Origin: the human T2T-CHM13v2.0 reference genome, Homo sapiens
Length of the DNA stretch: 64,000 nt
Assembly: GCF_009914755.1 (NCBI RefSeq)
Contig: NC_060926.1
Direction: 5' to 3' (one strand)
The position numbers were made by a program, and so were the translations under genes. Shown here piece by piece: positions 14,275 through 28,354 of the stretch (positions are counted from its first letter, which is position 1; every line of letters begins with the position of its first letter). The notes beneath the pieces were generated by a model. That model searched no databases. It saw only the letters and a list, made by a program, of their open reading frames with translations, and had not been told where the DNA came from.

Positions 14275-15371
14275 GCATGTAGTCACTGCAGCCATTTCAG
14301 CACAAGGAAGTGTCCTAAACCCAAGAAACTTGCAGATTCTTAGATATACGGTGTTAATGGACTTGGGGAAGTTAAGGAAGAATTCCCCAGGTTCCCAGAC
14401 AAACTTTCTTGCACCCTTCTCTCACTTTCCTTCAAGCTGTAGAAATCTCTCTCCATGCTGGGCTGCCTGGAGCTGGGGGAAATGTGACACAGGTACTTAC
14501 TTTACCATCACATCTAGCAGTGAACTGAGTTACACGTGAAGCCTGGAGCAACACGGGTCTGGGACCGAGACCAGCGTCCTGGGAGACTTGACCTCTCAGA
14601 GCAGCATAGTATTGGGGCTTGCTCAAGACCCAGGTCTGCTACTGCCTTGCTTCTGCTGATGTTTATTTAAGGCCCAAGGCTACTTTAGTCAGCAGGTGGT
14701 GAATATTCATCACTCGTTTTCCCCCCAAAACAGAGTCTGTCTGCACTGCCTGTAGTTGAAGAAGGGGTGATGCAGGCACTCCTGTGGTCATAGCAGCTTG
14801 TTTTGCACTGGGATGCACATCAAGCCCACTACCTCTGAGACCAGTGTAGCACCAGAGTCTGCCCAAGGACTGCAGTCTCTGTGGCCTGTGTACCATTCAA
14901 ATTTATTTGGGACCCCAGGCCACTTTAGTCAGCTGGTGATGAAGACAGCCAGGATTCAATTTCTCCCACTGATATAGGGGATTTCCCTCTGGCCCAGGAC
15001 TGATCTAAATGTTCCCTTCCTGGGCATCAGAAAAATTCTGCCAAATGTTGTATTTCACTGTGACAAGGAAGCACTGAGTTCCAATATGAAGTCCCACATT
15101 TTTTTTGCTCTTCCTCCTCCAAGCACTGAGATTCCCTCTCCATGAGCAGCCTGGGGGTAGAGCAGGAGCAGTGTAGGCAATGCAAGACTATATCCTTCTT
15201 ACTCCCTTCAATGCCTCTTTCCCTGTTACTATGAAAAAATGAGGTACTGTGATCTCTCACCTTATTTTTTTGGTTCCTATGAAGGTTTTCTTGCATGGAT
15301 ACTTGTTCAATTTGGTGTTCCTGTTGGGAGTCAATCGCTGGAGGGTTCTAATCCTACTCCACCTTATCCTC
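14275..15371 (-). mobile_element. Old L1 (L1M1/L1M2-type) 5'UTR with internal ~240-bp repeats
   Basis: Repeated aggc(t/c)actttagtcagc blocks at ~14678 and ~14917; ends in gatctctcaccttatttttttggttcctatgaagg...gctggagggttcta, like recalled L1M 5' ends. Confidence 0.65.
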
Positions 15372-17430
15372 TTTAATACCCTACTTTTAACAATGAATAG
15401 AACAAGTAGGCAGAATATCAATAAGGAAATAGAGGACTTGAACAACACCATAAATCAACTAGACTAGCAGCCACATGTATGGCACTCCACGGAACAATAG
15501 CATAAAACACCCGATCTCCATGAACATTCTCCAGAATAGACCATATTTTAGGTAATAAAACAAGTCACAAAAAAGTTTAAAAGACTTAAATATACATCAT
15601 AACTTCTCTGATGACAATGGAATTAAATATAAATCAGTAATAGAAGGAAATATAGAAAATTCACAAATATGTAGAAATTAAAACATTCTTGACTAATAAA
15701 TCAAAGGAAAATTATAGGAAAATTATAAAATACTTTGAGATTAAAGAAAATGGAGGAAACACCAAAAATAATGAAATTTAGTAAAGACAGTTCTTAGAGG
15801 GCAATATATGGCAGTAAACACATTAGAAAGTTAGAAATATATAAAATCAATAACCTAACTTTATGACTTAATTAGAAAAAAAGAGCAAACTAAGCCCAAA
15901 GCTAACAGAACAAAGGGAACAAAGATTAAAAGGAAGATCAACAAAATAGAAAATAGAAAAACAATAGAATCAAGAAAAAACAAAAATGATAAGCTTTCAG
16001 ATCGATTGACCAATATAAAAGACAAAAGACTAGTAATATCAGAAATGGAAAGTAGGAACATTGCCACTGATAGTCCAGAAATAAAATGAATTATGAGGTA
16101 ATATTATAAATAAATTTATGTCAACAAATTAGATAACTTAGATGAAATGGATAAATTCCTATAAAGACACAATCTATTCAAACTAAATCAAAAAGAAACA
16201 AAAAAATTCGAATAGGCCTATTAAAAGACCTCCAAGACATTGAATTCATAATCATAAACTTTCCAAGAAAATCCAAAGACCAGATGGCTTCACTGATGAA
16301 TTCTACCAAACATTTAAAGAAGAAGAAACACTAACCCTTCTCAAAATATCAAAAATGTGGAGGAAGGAACAGTTCAAGCTCATTCTATAAGTCCAGCACT
16401 ACCATAATACCAAAGCCACACAAGGACATCACAAAAAAAGAAAACTATAGAATAACACTTCCCATAAATATTGATTCAAAAATTATCAACAAAACAGCAG
16501 CAATCAGAATCCAGCAGCATGTTAACATACTTAAACATTATGATCAAATGGGATTTATCCTAAGAATGCAAGAATGGTACAACATACAAAATTAAATCAA
16601 TGTAATATATCACATTAAAAGGAATGAAAGGGGGTAAAACTCACATGATCATCTCAATTTATGCAGGAAAAATTGACAAAATTTAGCACATTTTTAGAAT
16701 AAAAACACTCAATAAACGAATCGAATAATTTTTTAACAGGAGAAATGACATTTGTGAAAAACTCACAGAGAACGTCCTTACTAGTAATGAAAATAAAAGT
16801 TTTACTTGTAAGTTCAAGACCATATGGAGGATGAAAGCTATCACCACTTCCATGGAACATAGCACTGGAAACTCAAGCCAGAGCAATTGGTTGAGGGAAA
16901 GAAATAAAACTCTTCCAAATTGGAAAGGCAGAAGTTAAATTACCTACGTTCACAGATGACATAATTTTATACATAGAAATACTAAAAAATTCCCAGAAAA
17001 ATCATAATGCTAATATATGAATTAAGCAAAATTTCAAAATAGAAGGTCAACATTCAAAAATAAGTTTCATTTCCCTACACTAGCAATGAAAAATCAGAAA
17101 AGAACAATAATTCAGTGTATAATAGCATCAAAAAGAATAAAATGCACACAGTAAAAGTAATCACTGAAAACTATAAAACATTCCTAAATCAAATAAGATC
17201 TAAGTAAATGAAAGACATCTACACTCGTGAATTGAAAATTTTGATATTATTAAAATGATGGTAATCCTCAAATTTTTATACAGATTCAGGGAAATCTTGA
17301 CCAACATCCCAGTGGCCTTCTTTGCAGAAATGGCAAAGCCAATCCTGAAATTCATATGGAATTGTGAAGGACCCAAAGTATCCAAGACAGTCTTGAAAAA
17401 AAAAAAAACAAGATTGGAGAACTCTCATGG
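15372..17430 (+). mobile_element. L1 ORF2 fragment (EN C-terminus, RT, downstream), decayed
   Basis: FNTLLLTMNRTSRQNINKEIEDLNNTINQLD (EN region); ttcacagatgacataatt (~16950, FADD-like motif); LKFIWNCEGPKVSKTVLKKK. Confidence 0.9.
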
Positions 17431-17738
17431 CCATAATTTTTAGTATTTTAATCCATTGTCCATTTCTTCACTATTGTGAAAGTACCTGTATCTTCTATTG
17501 TTTCTTAATTCATACCTTTGTAATGCTGAAGTCAATTTGCTTAAGTTATAAACATTATTTAGGCTTCTAAAATATTACGCTTTTGATAGATTCTGGAAAA
17601 TTATTATTCAGATTGCTTTCATCATGTGCCTCCTGCAGCAGTATCTGCGTTATCCCCAACCTACTTCATATTAGGTATTTAACACTTTAAATTTTGTAAT
17701 TTTATCAATTTCTTATTTATAATCATTGTCTATTTTCC

Positions 17739-18032
17739 TTTTTTTTGGGGGGGGGATGAAGTCTTGCTCTGTCACCCAGGCTGGAGTGCAGTGACGTGAT
17801 CTCTGCTCACCGCAACCTCCGCCTCCTGGAATCAAGCGATTTTTCTTCCTCAGCCTCCCTAGTAGCTGGGATCACAGGTGCCCGCCACCACGCTGGGCTA
17901 ATTTTTGTATTTTTAGTAGAGACGGGGTTTCACCATGTTGGTCAGGCTGGTCTCGAACTCCTGACCTCGTGATCTGCCCGTCTCAGCCTCTCAAAGGGCA
18001 GGAATTACAGGTGTGAGCCACCGCGCCCAGCT
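17739..18032 (-). mobile_element. AluS (AluSg-like)
   Basis: gtctcgaactcctgacctcgtgatc; a G9 run sits at the tail junction. Confidence 0.92.
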
Positions 18033-18649
18033 GTTTTCTTTTGGAGAATCTTTTATTTACAAGTAATTACATTCTTATTTATTTCAAGCATTTTAATTAT
18101 ATTTATATATGGGTGTCTACCAATGGCTATATCCACCTATCTATAGCTGACAATGCTGTTAGGGTTCTGGTCTTCCCTTCTTTGTTCCTTCCTTTCACCA
18201 TTTTCTTTCACATCTTTTTATTTTTTCCCCTCTCAAGAATAAGCCCCTGCTTTTCCTTCTGTTGGCAGATTGCCACCAGGCTGATAGATCTTTTTTTTTT
18301 AATAGCAGAAATGGAAAGCCAAAAGTGTATGAGAATTTAAATTTCCCAATCAATAACTGACAGGCATAGGAGTACAATTTCTTCTGCTTCCTTGATCCCT
18401 ATTTGAACACTTCTAAAAGATTATCTACTCTATATCCAGAGCTTCTTTGCAGGATAGAGTCACAGCGAATGCAGGTGTGATTTGCTTGGTACTTTATTTT
18501 TTGTTTGGCCTCCTTACTTCCCTTTGTCAAATTTTCTTATTTATTTTTTCATTTATTCTGAATGTATCTTAAATAAGCTACCTTTATTTTGATTTTTATT
18601 TCACTGTCTGCTTCTGTGGAACCCAAATTATCACACTCTTAAAAAATGT

Positions 18650-19030
18650 AGATTTTTAATTTTATTTGTTGTGGCATAACATACATACAATCATGTATAT
18701 TAAGCATGTTAGTCTTAGATATTTCACTTGATATATTTTTTATCTACAGACACAAGATGCATCTATAAGGTGCTTTTATGAAAAAACACCTTGATCAAGA
18801 TAGAAACTTGATCAAGATATATCTTTATCAAGATATAAACATTTTTAACACTCCTAAAATTTCCCTCATGCTTCTTCATGATCAGCACTCTGCACTTTCA
18901 CCCCTGAAGCACACAAAACAACTTGTTTTGGCTCTGTCAGCATCTATTAGCCTTTAAAAAAAGTTTTTGAATTTCATATAAATGGATTCATACAGAATGT
19001 ACTCTTAATGTTTCTTTCTTAATTTATACA
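18650..19030 (-). mobile_element. Old L1 (L1ME/MC) 3'UTR fragment
   Basis: tcaagatataaacatttttaacactcctaaaatttccctcatgc...tttcatataaatggattcatacagaatgtactc. Confidence 0.5.
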
Positions 19031-19039
19031 GTATAATGG

Positions 19040-19250
19040 CCATCTTAGTCCATTCAAACTCACACAACAAAATACCATAAACTGGGTGGCTTATAAACAA
19101 CAGACGTTTGTTTCTCACTGCTTTGGAAGACCAGCAGTTCAAGATCAAGTCACCGGCAGATTCTGTGTCTGGTGGGAGCTTGCTTCCTTATAGACATTCA
19201 TCTTCTCATTGTAAGCTCACATGGTGGAAGGGGTGGATGAGCTCTACATA
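19040..19250 (-). mobile_element. MaLR LTR (MLT1A/MSTD-like), partial
   Basis: tcttagtccattc...aacaaaataccataaactgggtggcttataaacaacaga...ttcaagatcaag...gcagattctgtgtctggtg. Confidence 0.75.
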
Positions 19251-19814
19251 TTTCCTTTGATTTACAGAAGCCACATACATCTACATCAACATATAGCTTT
19301 CAGAATTTTAATTTATATTCTTAGGTTCTTATATATACCTTACATTATGCTTTTTTATTTCTGATTCAGATCTTTTCCATTTTTCATGTTGACTATCTAA
19401 AACAATCATGATGATTGCTTGTGCTAATATTTCAAAATGAAGAATTATGTTTATTATGTGTTTATTAGCATAGTTACATGAATTATGTAAGTCACTTTTC
19501 TGTATAAGCCTATCACTTAAATGGGAAGAAATGACTATGTCAAGATGTGATCTCACCAATAAAATATTTCTTTGTGTAGCATAAGGTAGGGAATAGGTAG
19601 GTAGACTGGGAAGTTCATGTCAATGTAGCCATTGCTAGAAAGAGCTTTGTACTTTTTAATTTAATCTTTATCTATTTGGCTTTACAATTTTAAAAAATGC
19701 ATCCAGTGCCTGAAAAGGGCATTCATCATTTTGCAATTAGTGTACATCTGAGAAAGACTATTAGAGCCTAATGCCCAATGTGAAAATTCCTCCTCAATAA
19801 AGAACGATTTTATG

Positions 19815-20127
19815 TTTTTGTTTGTTTGTTTGTTTTTTGTTTTGAGATGGAGTTTTGCTCTTGTTGCCCAGGCTGAAGTGCAATGGCATGATCTCGGCTC
19901 ACCGCAACCTCCGTCTCCTGGATTCAAGCGATTCTCCTGCCTCAGCCTCCTGAGTAGCTGGGATTACAGGCAAGCACCACCACGCCCAGCTAATTTTTTG
20001 TGTTTTTAGTAGAGACGGGGTTTCTCCACGTTGGTCAGGCTGGTTTTGAACCCCTGACCTCAGGTGATCTGCCCACTTCGGCCTCTCAAAGTGCTGGGAT
20101 CACAGGCATGAACCACTGCACCTGGCC
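19815..20127 (-). mobile_element. AluSp
   Basis: AluSp diagnostics ctcttgttgccc, gcaatggc, caccgcaacc, tttctccacgttggtcagg; TSD gattttatg at 19806 and 20128; (TTTG)n tail. Confidence 0.93.
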
Positions 20128-21179
20128 GATTTTATGGTTTTAATCTTGGTGCAAACATTAAACTAGCCACTGTCTATCTATCTTTACTTACTGGAGGTTG
20201 AAGGGGAGGTGTAAGGAAAATTTGTCTAGCCTAGCTATTCTATAGTAATTAAATATTAAATGCTAATCCTTGAAAAAGAGTGTTCAGTAATTTCAAAGAC
20301 TAAAAGTTTTAGACTCTTTTGCAACATCACTTCTGAAGTCTTTTTGTACTGGTTTTGCTTAAGTTTACATTTCAGAAATCTTCCAAATATCTGGTTTTCA
20401 AACTAATTTGTTTTATATTAGTAAAAGTTTATAATTTGAAAATAATCTGTTGTTTTAATGGATTTTAGGGAAATAGGGCAATTAAATAATTTGAATCAAA
20501 GCTAGTTTTTGTCTTTTGTGTTATTCATGTTGGGTTCTTCATCTTTGACTCACAATTATGTATAGTTGGTACATATTTTGATTCTCTGTTAATTGATAGA
20601 GGTTCACATTATATATAGAGACAGAGATGAGGATATTGATGCCCTAAGCGTAAGTAGTTTCCTCAAGGTCAAGTGGCTACTAAGTGCAAAAGCTAAGTTG
20701 AAGGCAAGGTTTGACTATATTTAAAAATAATATTAATATTGTTATCCACTAATCCAGTTTTTAATGTGCCATTGGTGCAACTGTATCGACTTTGTGGAGC
20801 TTTACAAAATCAGATTCCCAAAATCTTCCCAGGTCTAAAAATAAAAGTATCTATTACTGCTGACAATATTTAATTATTTTTGCTATCATCACATATGATA
20901 TTTAGAGCCATGAGTTTGAAAAACATTAAACAATATTACATTATAAATTAGAAAATCAATAGACTAGTATGTTTACTAGTTTATTTGTTTTGTCCCTTTT
21001 TTCAAGGTTCTTCTTAAAAGGGATATGTTATTTTTTGGGTGTGGGGGTTAATTGAAGCCAAATGCTTTTTATTAGCTCAGGCTCCCAGCTCATGACGACT
21101 TTGTGCTCTTATTTATAAGGATAATAATAACCAATTATGTGATAGTATCCAGAGGGAGCAAATTTTTATAAATTTCTTT

Positions 21180-21426
21180 TTTTTTTTTTTGCGATGAAGA
21201 CTCACTTACTGTTTCACCCAGGCTGTGGAGTCCAGTGGCATGATGCAATCTCTGCTTCCTCGGTTCAAGAGATTATCCTGCCTCAGCCTCACGTGTAGTC
21301 GGGATTACAGATGTGTGCCACCACAATGGGCTAATTTTTGTATTTTTTGTAGAAATGGGGTTTCACCATGTTGGCCAAGCTGGTCTTGAACTCCTGACCT
21401 CAAGTTATCTGCCTGCCTCGACCTCG
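21180..21426 (-). mobile_element. 5'-truncated Alu (S/J-type) with perfect 19-bp TSD
   Basis: Lacks the first ~35 nt; TSD aatttttataaatttcttt at 21161-21179 and 21427-21445. Confidence 0.9.
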
Positions 21427-21527
21427 AATTTTTATAAATTTCTTTATGATGCCACAAGGTAATTGGGAAAGTTAATTGAGATCATGCAAATAGAAACTCA
21501 AAGTTTTATATAAGAATTTGAAAGTGA

Positions 21528-21880
<353 letters not shown>

Positions 21881-21949
21881 CTATACATGTAATTTTTTTA
21901 ATTCCTTCAGAAAATTATTTCACCACAGCAGTCACTAGAATTGTTTGCA

Positions 21950-22275
21950 AACACCACATTTCTCCTCACCTTCTCTGTTCATGATACGATTATACTTCCT
22001 CATAGATGTGATATTAGTCCACGTGACTTTCTTTGGCCAAGTAAATGTGTATAGAAATGATGTATGTTGCTTCCAGGAAGAACTTCTGGAGCCAGTGCAC
22101 AGTCCACCATTTCTTCTTCACTGTGAAATAATGATTTTAATAGTAGCTGTCAAGAAAGAGCCTCCTTTAGCCAGAGTGACCACACAGGGTGGAGAAACTT
22201 GTTGTATGTGAATCCTCTGAAACTTAGTAGTTGGTTGTTTTGGTAATATATTCTAGTTCACTATGACTATCATAT
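21950..22275 (+). mobile_element. Old MLT1 (I/J/K-like) LTR fragment
   Basis: cacgtgactttctttggccaagtaaatgtg...cttccaggaagaac...aaacttgttgtatgtgaatcctctgaaactt. Confidence 0.45.
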
Positions 22276-22607
22276 TAACTTTCAGAAACATTATGCTGGG
22301 ACACTTTCCCTGAAAAACTTTGGAAACATTGGAATGATGAGACAAAGACCTTTGCTTCACTCTTTACCATGTGCTGTTGTTTTCATAAGACATAGAAGGG
22401 ACCCTGATATTTGGAGTCCTAAAAACTGTCTACGATGGCAATGAGATGTTTTTAAAAAGCAAGATAAATATGGGTTACATTTAAACTATAGGATAATGTT
22501 ATAGCCATCTACACATATATACACACTCTTAGAAAGTAGTTGCTAAGCATGTAAAAATATATATTAAAATGTGACAGTAAAATTGCTGATATAATCTGCA
22601 AAAAGGT

Positions 22608-22975
22608 TGATAAAATTTGCATATTTGCCCCTTTAAATCTCACATTGAAATGTGATGCCTAATGCTGGAGGCGGGGACTGGTGGGAGATAATCATGGGGG
22701 CAGATCCCTGATGAATGGCTTGGTGCCATCCCATTGGTGATGAGTGAGTTCTCATTCTGTTCATGTGAAATTTGGTTATTTAAAAGACTCTGGGACATCC
22801 CCTTCTCTCTATTGCTTCCTTTCTTGCTATGTGACATGCTTGCTCCCTCTTCACCTTCTCCCATGTTTATAAGCTTCCTGAGACCCATACCAGAAACAGA
22901 TGCCAGCATCATTCTTCCTGTATGGCTTGTAGAACCATGAGCCAAAATGGTCTTTTAAGCTTCCTAAATAATCCA
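22608..22975 (+). mobile_element. MaLR LTR (MSTB-like), 3' end lost
   Basis: aaatctcacattgaaatgtgatgcctaatgctggagg...tcatgggggcagatccctgatgaatggcttggtgcc...cagatgccagcatcattcttcctg...gaaccatgagccaaa. Confidence 0.85.
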
Positions 22976-23004
22976 CTAAAAAAACAAACAAACAAACAAA
23001 AAGG

Positions 23005-25024
23005 AGTGAAAATGGCAGAGCAGGAAGATTCATGGAATGGTTTCTCCAGCTAAGCAACCACTGAACTAAAAGAAACAATTGGAATAAACTATGCTGAAAT
23101 TCTGGAATATGATGGGTCAGATATAATAGCTGGGGATTTATTGATGAAGGGAGAGACTACTGTTTTGGGGAGAGCAGCTGGCATTTCTGGGGTGGCTGAC
23201 TGGTGCCAAACAGAGATGGTAGACCTTGTGCTCCAAAAATTTGAGGTTATCTCAAGTTGTTCTGGTGGTCCCCTAAAAGAATGGCACAGAAACTTTCCTT
23301 ACATTTAGCCCTCTGAATTGTAATGATTTCCTCTGGTGGCATCTATTAAGACATTTACAAAGACAGAATCCTTCTCCCTCACCCCCTTTTGGAGCCAGAC
23401 ATTTAGAAAAACTTTTGTTAAGTCGCTATCTGAACCCAGACAAAAGGGTCCAGAAACTAAGTGACCACATACAAGGTATACACACTTCAAAATAAATAAT
23501 TTGGAAAAGTTATAAATGGGTATTTCCAGCCCTATACAAGCCAAGTCAACAATCCTTGATGATTTTGAGAATCAGATTTCCAAAATTACCATATTATAGC
23601 ACTAAAAATGCTCAGTTCTCTATGAAAAATTAGAAAAGACTCAAGGAAACTAGAAAGTATTACCTACTAAAATGGTTTAAAAAAATCTTGACAGACACCA
23701 TTCCTAAGGAAGCCTAGACATTGGAATTACTGAATTCAACATATATTAAAGGGATTATATATCAAGGTAAAGTGGGATTTAGCCCACAAATTCAACATAT
23801 AGGTTGATTCAACATACTGAAATCAATCAATATAATACAACAAATTAATACACTGGAAGAGAAAAATAACACGATTATTTCATTAAAGGCAGAAAAATAT
23901 TTGACACAATCAGTACCCTTTCATAATAAGCAAACACTCACAAATGAACTAGAAATAGAAGAGAACTACCTCAACTTAGCTAAGGTCATCTATGAAAATG
24001 TCTGCAGCTAAAAGCAAACGTAATAGCGAAAGATTGAATGCATTCTTTCTAACATCAGAAAGATAGTGATGTCTGCTCTCACTACAATTATTTAACATTG
24101 TACTAAAGATACTAGTCAGTGAAATAAGGCAATAAAATAAAGTAAAAGGCATCGGATTGAACATGAAGTTATAAAATTATATTTATTTGCAATTCATCAT
24201 GATTTTGTATAAAGAAAATACCAAGGAATCAAAAGGATTATTAGAGCTAGTAGATAAGTTCAGTAAAGTTGCATGATATAACAGCAATATTCAAAGATCT
24301 ATTGTACTTTTATACACTAAAAATCATCTTAAAATAAAATTAAGAAATCAATTTTATTAAAAATATCACAACAATAAAATACTTAGAAATGAATTTAATA
24401 AAAATATCAAGATAGACACTGAGGGTTACAAAAACATTGTTAAAAGAAATTAAAGCTCTAAATAAATAGAAGTGCATCCCATGATTTCATGTTAATGGGC
24501 TAGAAGGCATATCATTACTAAAATGTCAATACATCAGAAACTGATACATATCAGTGTGAACTCTATCAAATTTTCAACTGACTTTTTTTGCAGAAATAGA
24601 CAAGCCAATACTAAAACTCATATGGAAATACAGGAGACATAGAATAGTAAAAACACACTTAAAAAAAGAACAAAATTGGACTATTCACATTTCTTGATTT
24701 CAAAACATACTATACAAAACCATTGTCATCAACACTATGTGTAACTGGCATAGAAATCAAAAACATAGATTAACAAAATGAATTTTATGGTATACAAAAA
24801 ACCCTATGCATGTATGACTAATCGATGTTTGAAAACAGTGCCAAGAAAATTTTATAGTAAAAAATATATAGGCTTTTCAACAAATAGTGCTTGACCAACT
24901 CAATATTGATATGCAGAACAATGAAATTGGACCCTTTATAATATCCTGTTAAAAATCAACTCAAACTAGATCAATATGTAAGTGTAGGAGCTAAAACTAA
25001 AAAGTCTTATAAAGAAACATAGGT
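23005..25024 (+). mobile_element. Old L1 (L1M4/MB-type): 5'UTR/ORF1 start joined at ~23730 to the ORF2 RT region
   Basis: aaaatggcagagcaggaag 5' end; gaagcctagacattggaattact ORF1-start-like text; then caacatatattaaagggattata...gtgggattt...tgattcaacata (HIKRII..VGF..WFNI-like) through the ORF2 3' region. Confidence 0.75.
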
Positions 25025-25443
<419 letters not shown>

Positions 25444-25853
25444 CTATATTACAGAGCTATATCAATCAAAGCAGTATGGTACTGACATAAAATCAGAAAC
25501 ATAGACCAATGGAACAGAATGTAGAGCCCAGAATTAAACCCATACATATATAGTCAATTAATCTTTGACAAGAGCACCAAGAATACCCAATGGTGAAGGG
25601 AAAGTCTCATCAATAGATTAGGAAACTTAGAAAACTGGATATACACTTGCAAAAGAATAAAATTGAACTCCTATTTTATACTATATATAAAAGTCAACTC
25701 AAAATGGATTAAATACTTAAATGTCTGATGTAAAACCATAAAACTCCTAGAAGAAAACTTAGAGAAAGCTGACATTGGTCTTGGTAATGCCTTTTTGTAT
25801 ATGACATCACAAGCACAGGCAACAAATACAAAAATAAACAAGTGGTACTACAT

Positions 25854-26111
25854 TGTATTAGTCAGGGTTATCTAGAAGGACAGAACTAAGAGGCTATATA
25901 TATGTATCATTTACATATATATCATTTACATATATATGTATCATTTACATATATGTATCATTTACCTATATATGTATCTTTTACATATATATGTGTATCA
26001 TTTACATATATATGTGTATCATTTACATATATGTGTATCATTTACATATATATGTGTATCATTTATATATGTGTATCATTTACATATATGTGTATCATTT
26101 ACATATATATG

Positions 26112-26159
<48 letters not shown>

Positions 26160-26553
26160 AAGGGGAGTTTATTAAGGAGTATTAACTCACAAAATCACAA
26201 GATCCCACAATAGGCCTTCTGTAAGTTGAGGAGCAAGGAAGCATGTCTGAGTCCCAAAGCTGAAGAACTTGGAGACCAATGTTCAAGGGCACGAAGCATC
26301 TGGTATGGGAGAAAGATGTAGGCTGGGAGGCTAAGCCCATCTAGCCTGTTCACATTTTTTTCTGCCTGCTTTATATCCTGGCTGCACTGGCAGCTGATTA
26401 GATGATGCCCACCCAGATTAGGTGTGGATTTGCCTTTCCCAGCCCACTGACTCAAATGGTAATCTTTTTTGGTAACACCCTCACAGACATATCCAAGATT
26501 AATACTTTGCACCCTTCAATTTAATCAAGTTGACACTCAGTATTAATATCACA
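25854..26553 (-). mobile_element. Solo MLT2A (HERV-L LTR, MLT2A1-like)
   Basis: tgtattagtcagggttatctaga ... aagttgacactcagtattaatatcaca; 5-bp TSD tacat at 25849-25853 and 26554-26558. Confidence 0.93.
25895..26158. repeat. Minisatellite (~17-21 bp unit gtatcatttacatatat) x11, followed by (AC)16
   Basis: 11 tatcattt/tatctttt cores counted at 25904-26100; sits in the TA-rich spacer of MLT2A. Confidence 0.92.
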
Positions 26554-26737
26554 TACATTAAACTAAAATTCATCTGCATAGCAAAAGAATAATCAACAAA
26601 ATTCAAAGGCAACATATAAAATGGGAGAAGATATTTGTAAGGCAAATACCTAATATGGGGTTCATATCCAAAAACATAAAGAACTCACACAACTCAATAG
26701 CAAAAAATAAAAATGGACAAAAGAGCTGAATAGAATT

Positions 26738-27108
<371 letters not shown>

Positions 27109-27434
27109 CTATTCTGGACTTTATTCTCTGATGTATTTGTTAAGAACTTTTTCTTTAAGAGCACCAAGTGATAATTTATTGATTTGTGAATTTTCAGCTT
27201 GTACTATTTCATTTTCTAAATCTTTTAAGTTTGCAAATTAGAGCCTCAGGAGCTGAATAATTAAATGAAACCAACGACAACAAAAACCACTGCCTTTGAG
27301 TGATGGTTGTCTCTAAGCAAAATGAAAAGAATAAACCTGGTAATGCCACAGACACATTTTGTAGAAAAGTTGAAAGCTTTATGAACAGTGTGAATTCCAG
27401 AATGGGGTAATAAAATAAGCAAATAAATTAGTAA

Positions 27435-27759
<325 letters not shown>

Positions 27760-27906
27760 CAAAACACATTCTTGAGAAATATTTTTGTCTAAAGAAAATT
27801 ACATTTGTGAGTAGAATTTTCTATATTTTTGCAGGAAAAAAAAAGCAGCGATTAAAATGCTATAGCAGACAAGACCTGCTCTGGGCACTAAACCGACAGA
27901 GCTATC

Positions 27907-28354
27907 TATATGAGTTTCCTATGTCTGCTGTTAAGAAACAACCACAAAGTGAATGGCAAAACACCATTAGAAATGTATCCTTCCATAGGTCTGCAGACTG
28001 GAAGTCTGAAATCCAGTTATCAGCAGGACCATGCTCTGTCTTAGCCTCTAGTGGTGTGGACAATCTTTGTATTCCTTGGCTGGTGTTATATAACTTGTCT
28101 TTCTGCCTCCTTCAACACATGGTCTCTTCACTCTATGTGTCTGTGTCTTCACATGGTAGTCTCCTTTGTATATGTCTGTCTCTGTGGCTCTTCTCCTCTT
28201 ATAAAGACAACAGCCATATTTGATGAGGGTCCTACCCTATTCCAGTAAAACCTCATCTTAACTATTAATATATTACATCGGCAAAGACATTATTTTCACA
28301 TGCACAGGGGTTAGGACTTCAACGTATCTTGGAGACACCATTACACATACAATA
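27907..28354 (-). mobile_element. MaLR LTR (MLT1B/C-like)
   Basis: tgagtttcctatgtctgctg...ctggaagtctgaaatc...cttctcctcttataaagacaacagccatatt...cctcatcttaact...ggggttaggacttcaac. Confidence 0.8.

Noticed and set aside
15372-17430. Possible functional reverse transcriptase
   Set aside because: L1 ORF2 is broken by many stops and frameshifts and the catalytic-motif region is altered; the same holds for all L1s here.
18300-18635. Possible old ERVL LTR ending tctgcttctgtggaacccaaattatcaca
   Set aside because: Only the terminus is suggestive; the body is too degraded to call.
25902-26213. His/Tyr/Ile-rich ORFs
   Set aside because: Stop-free frames of a TA/CA minisatellite.
27807-28223. 138-aa ORF
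   Set aside because: Mostly antisense MLT1 LTR sequence with a non-ATG start.
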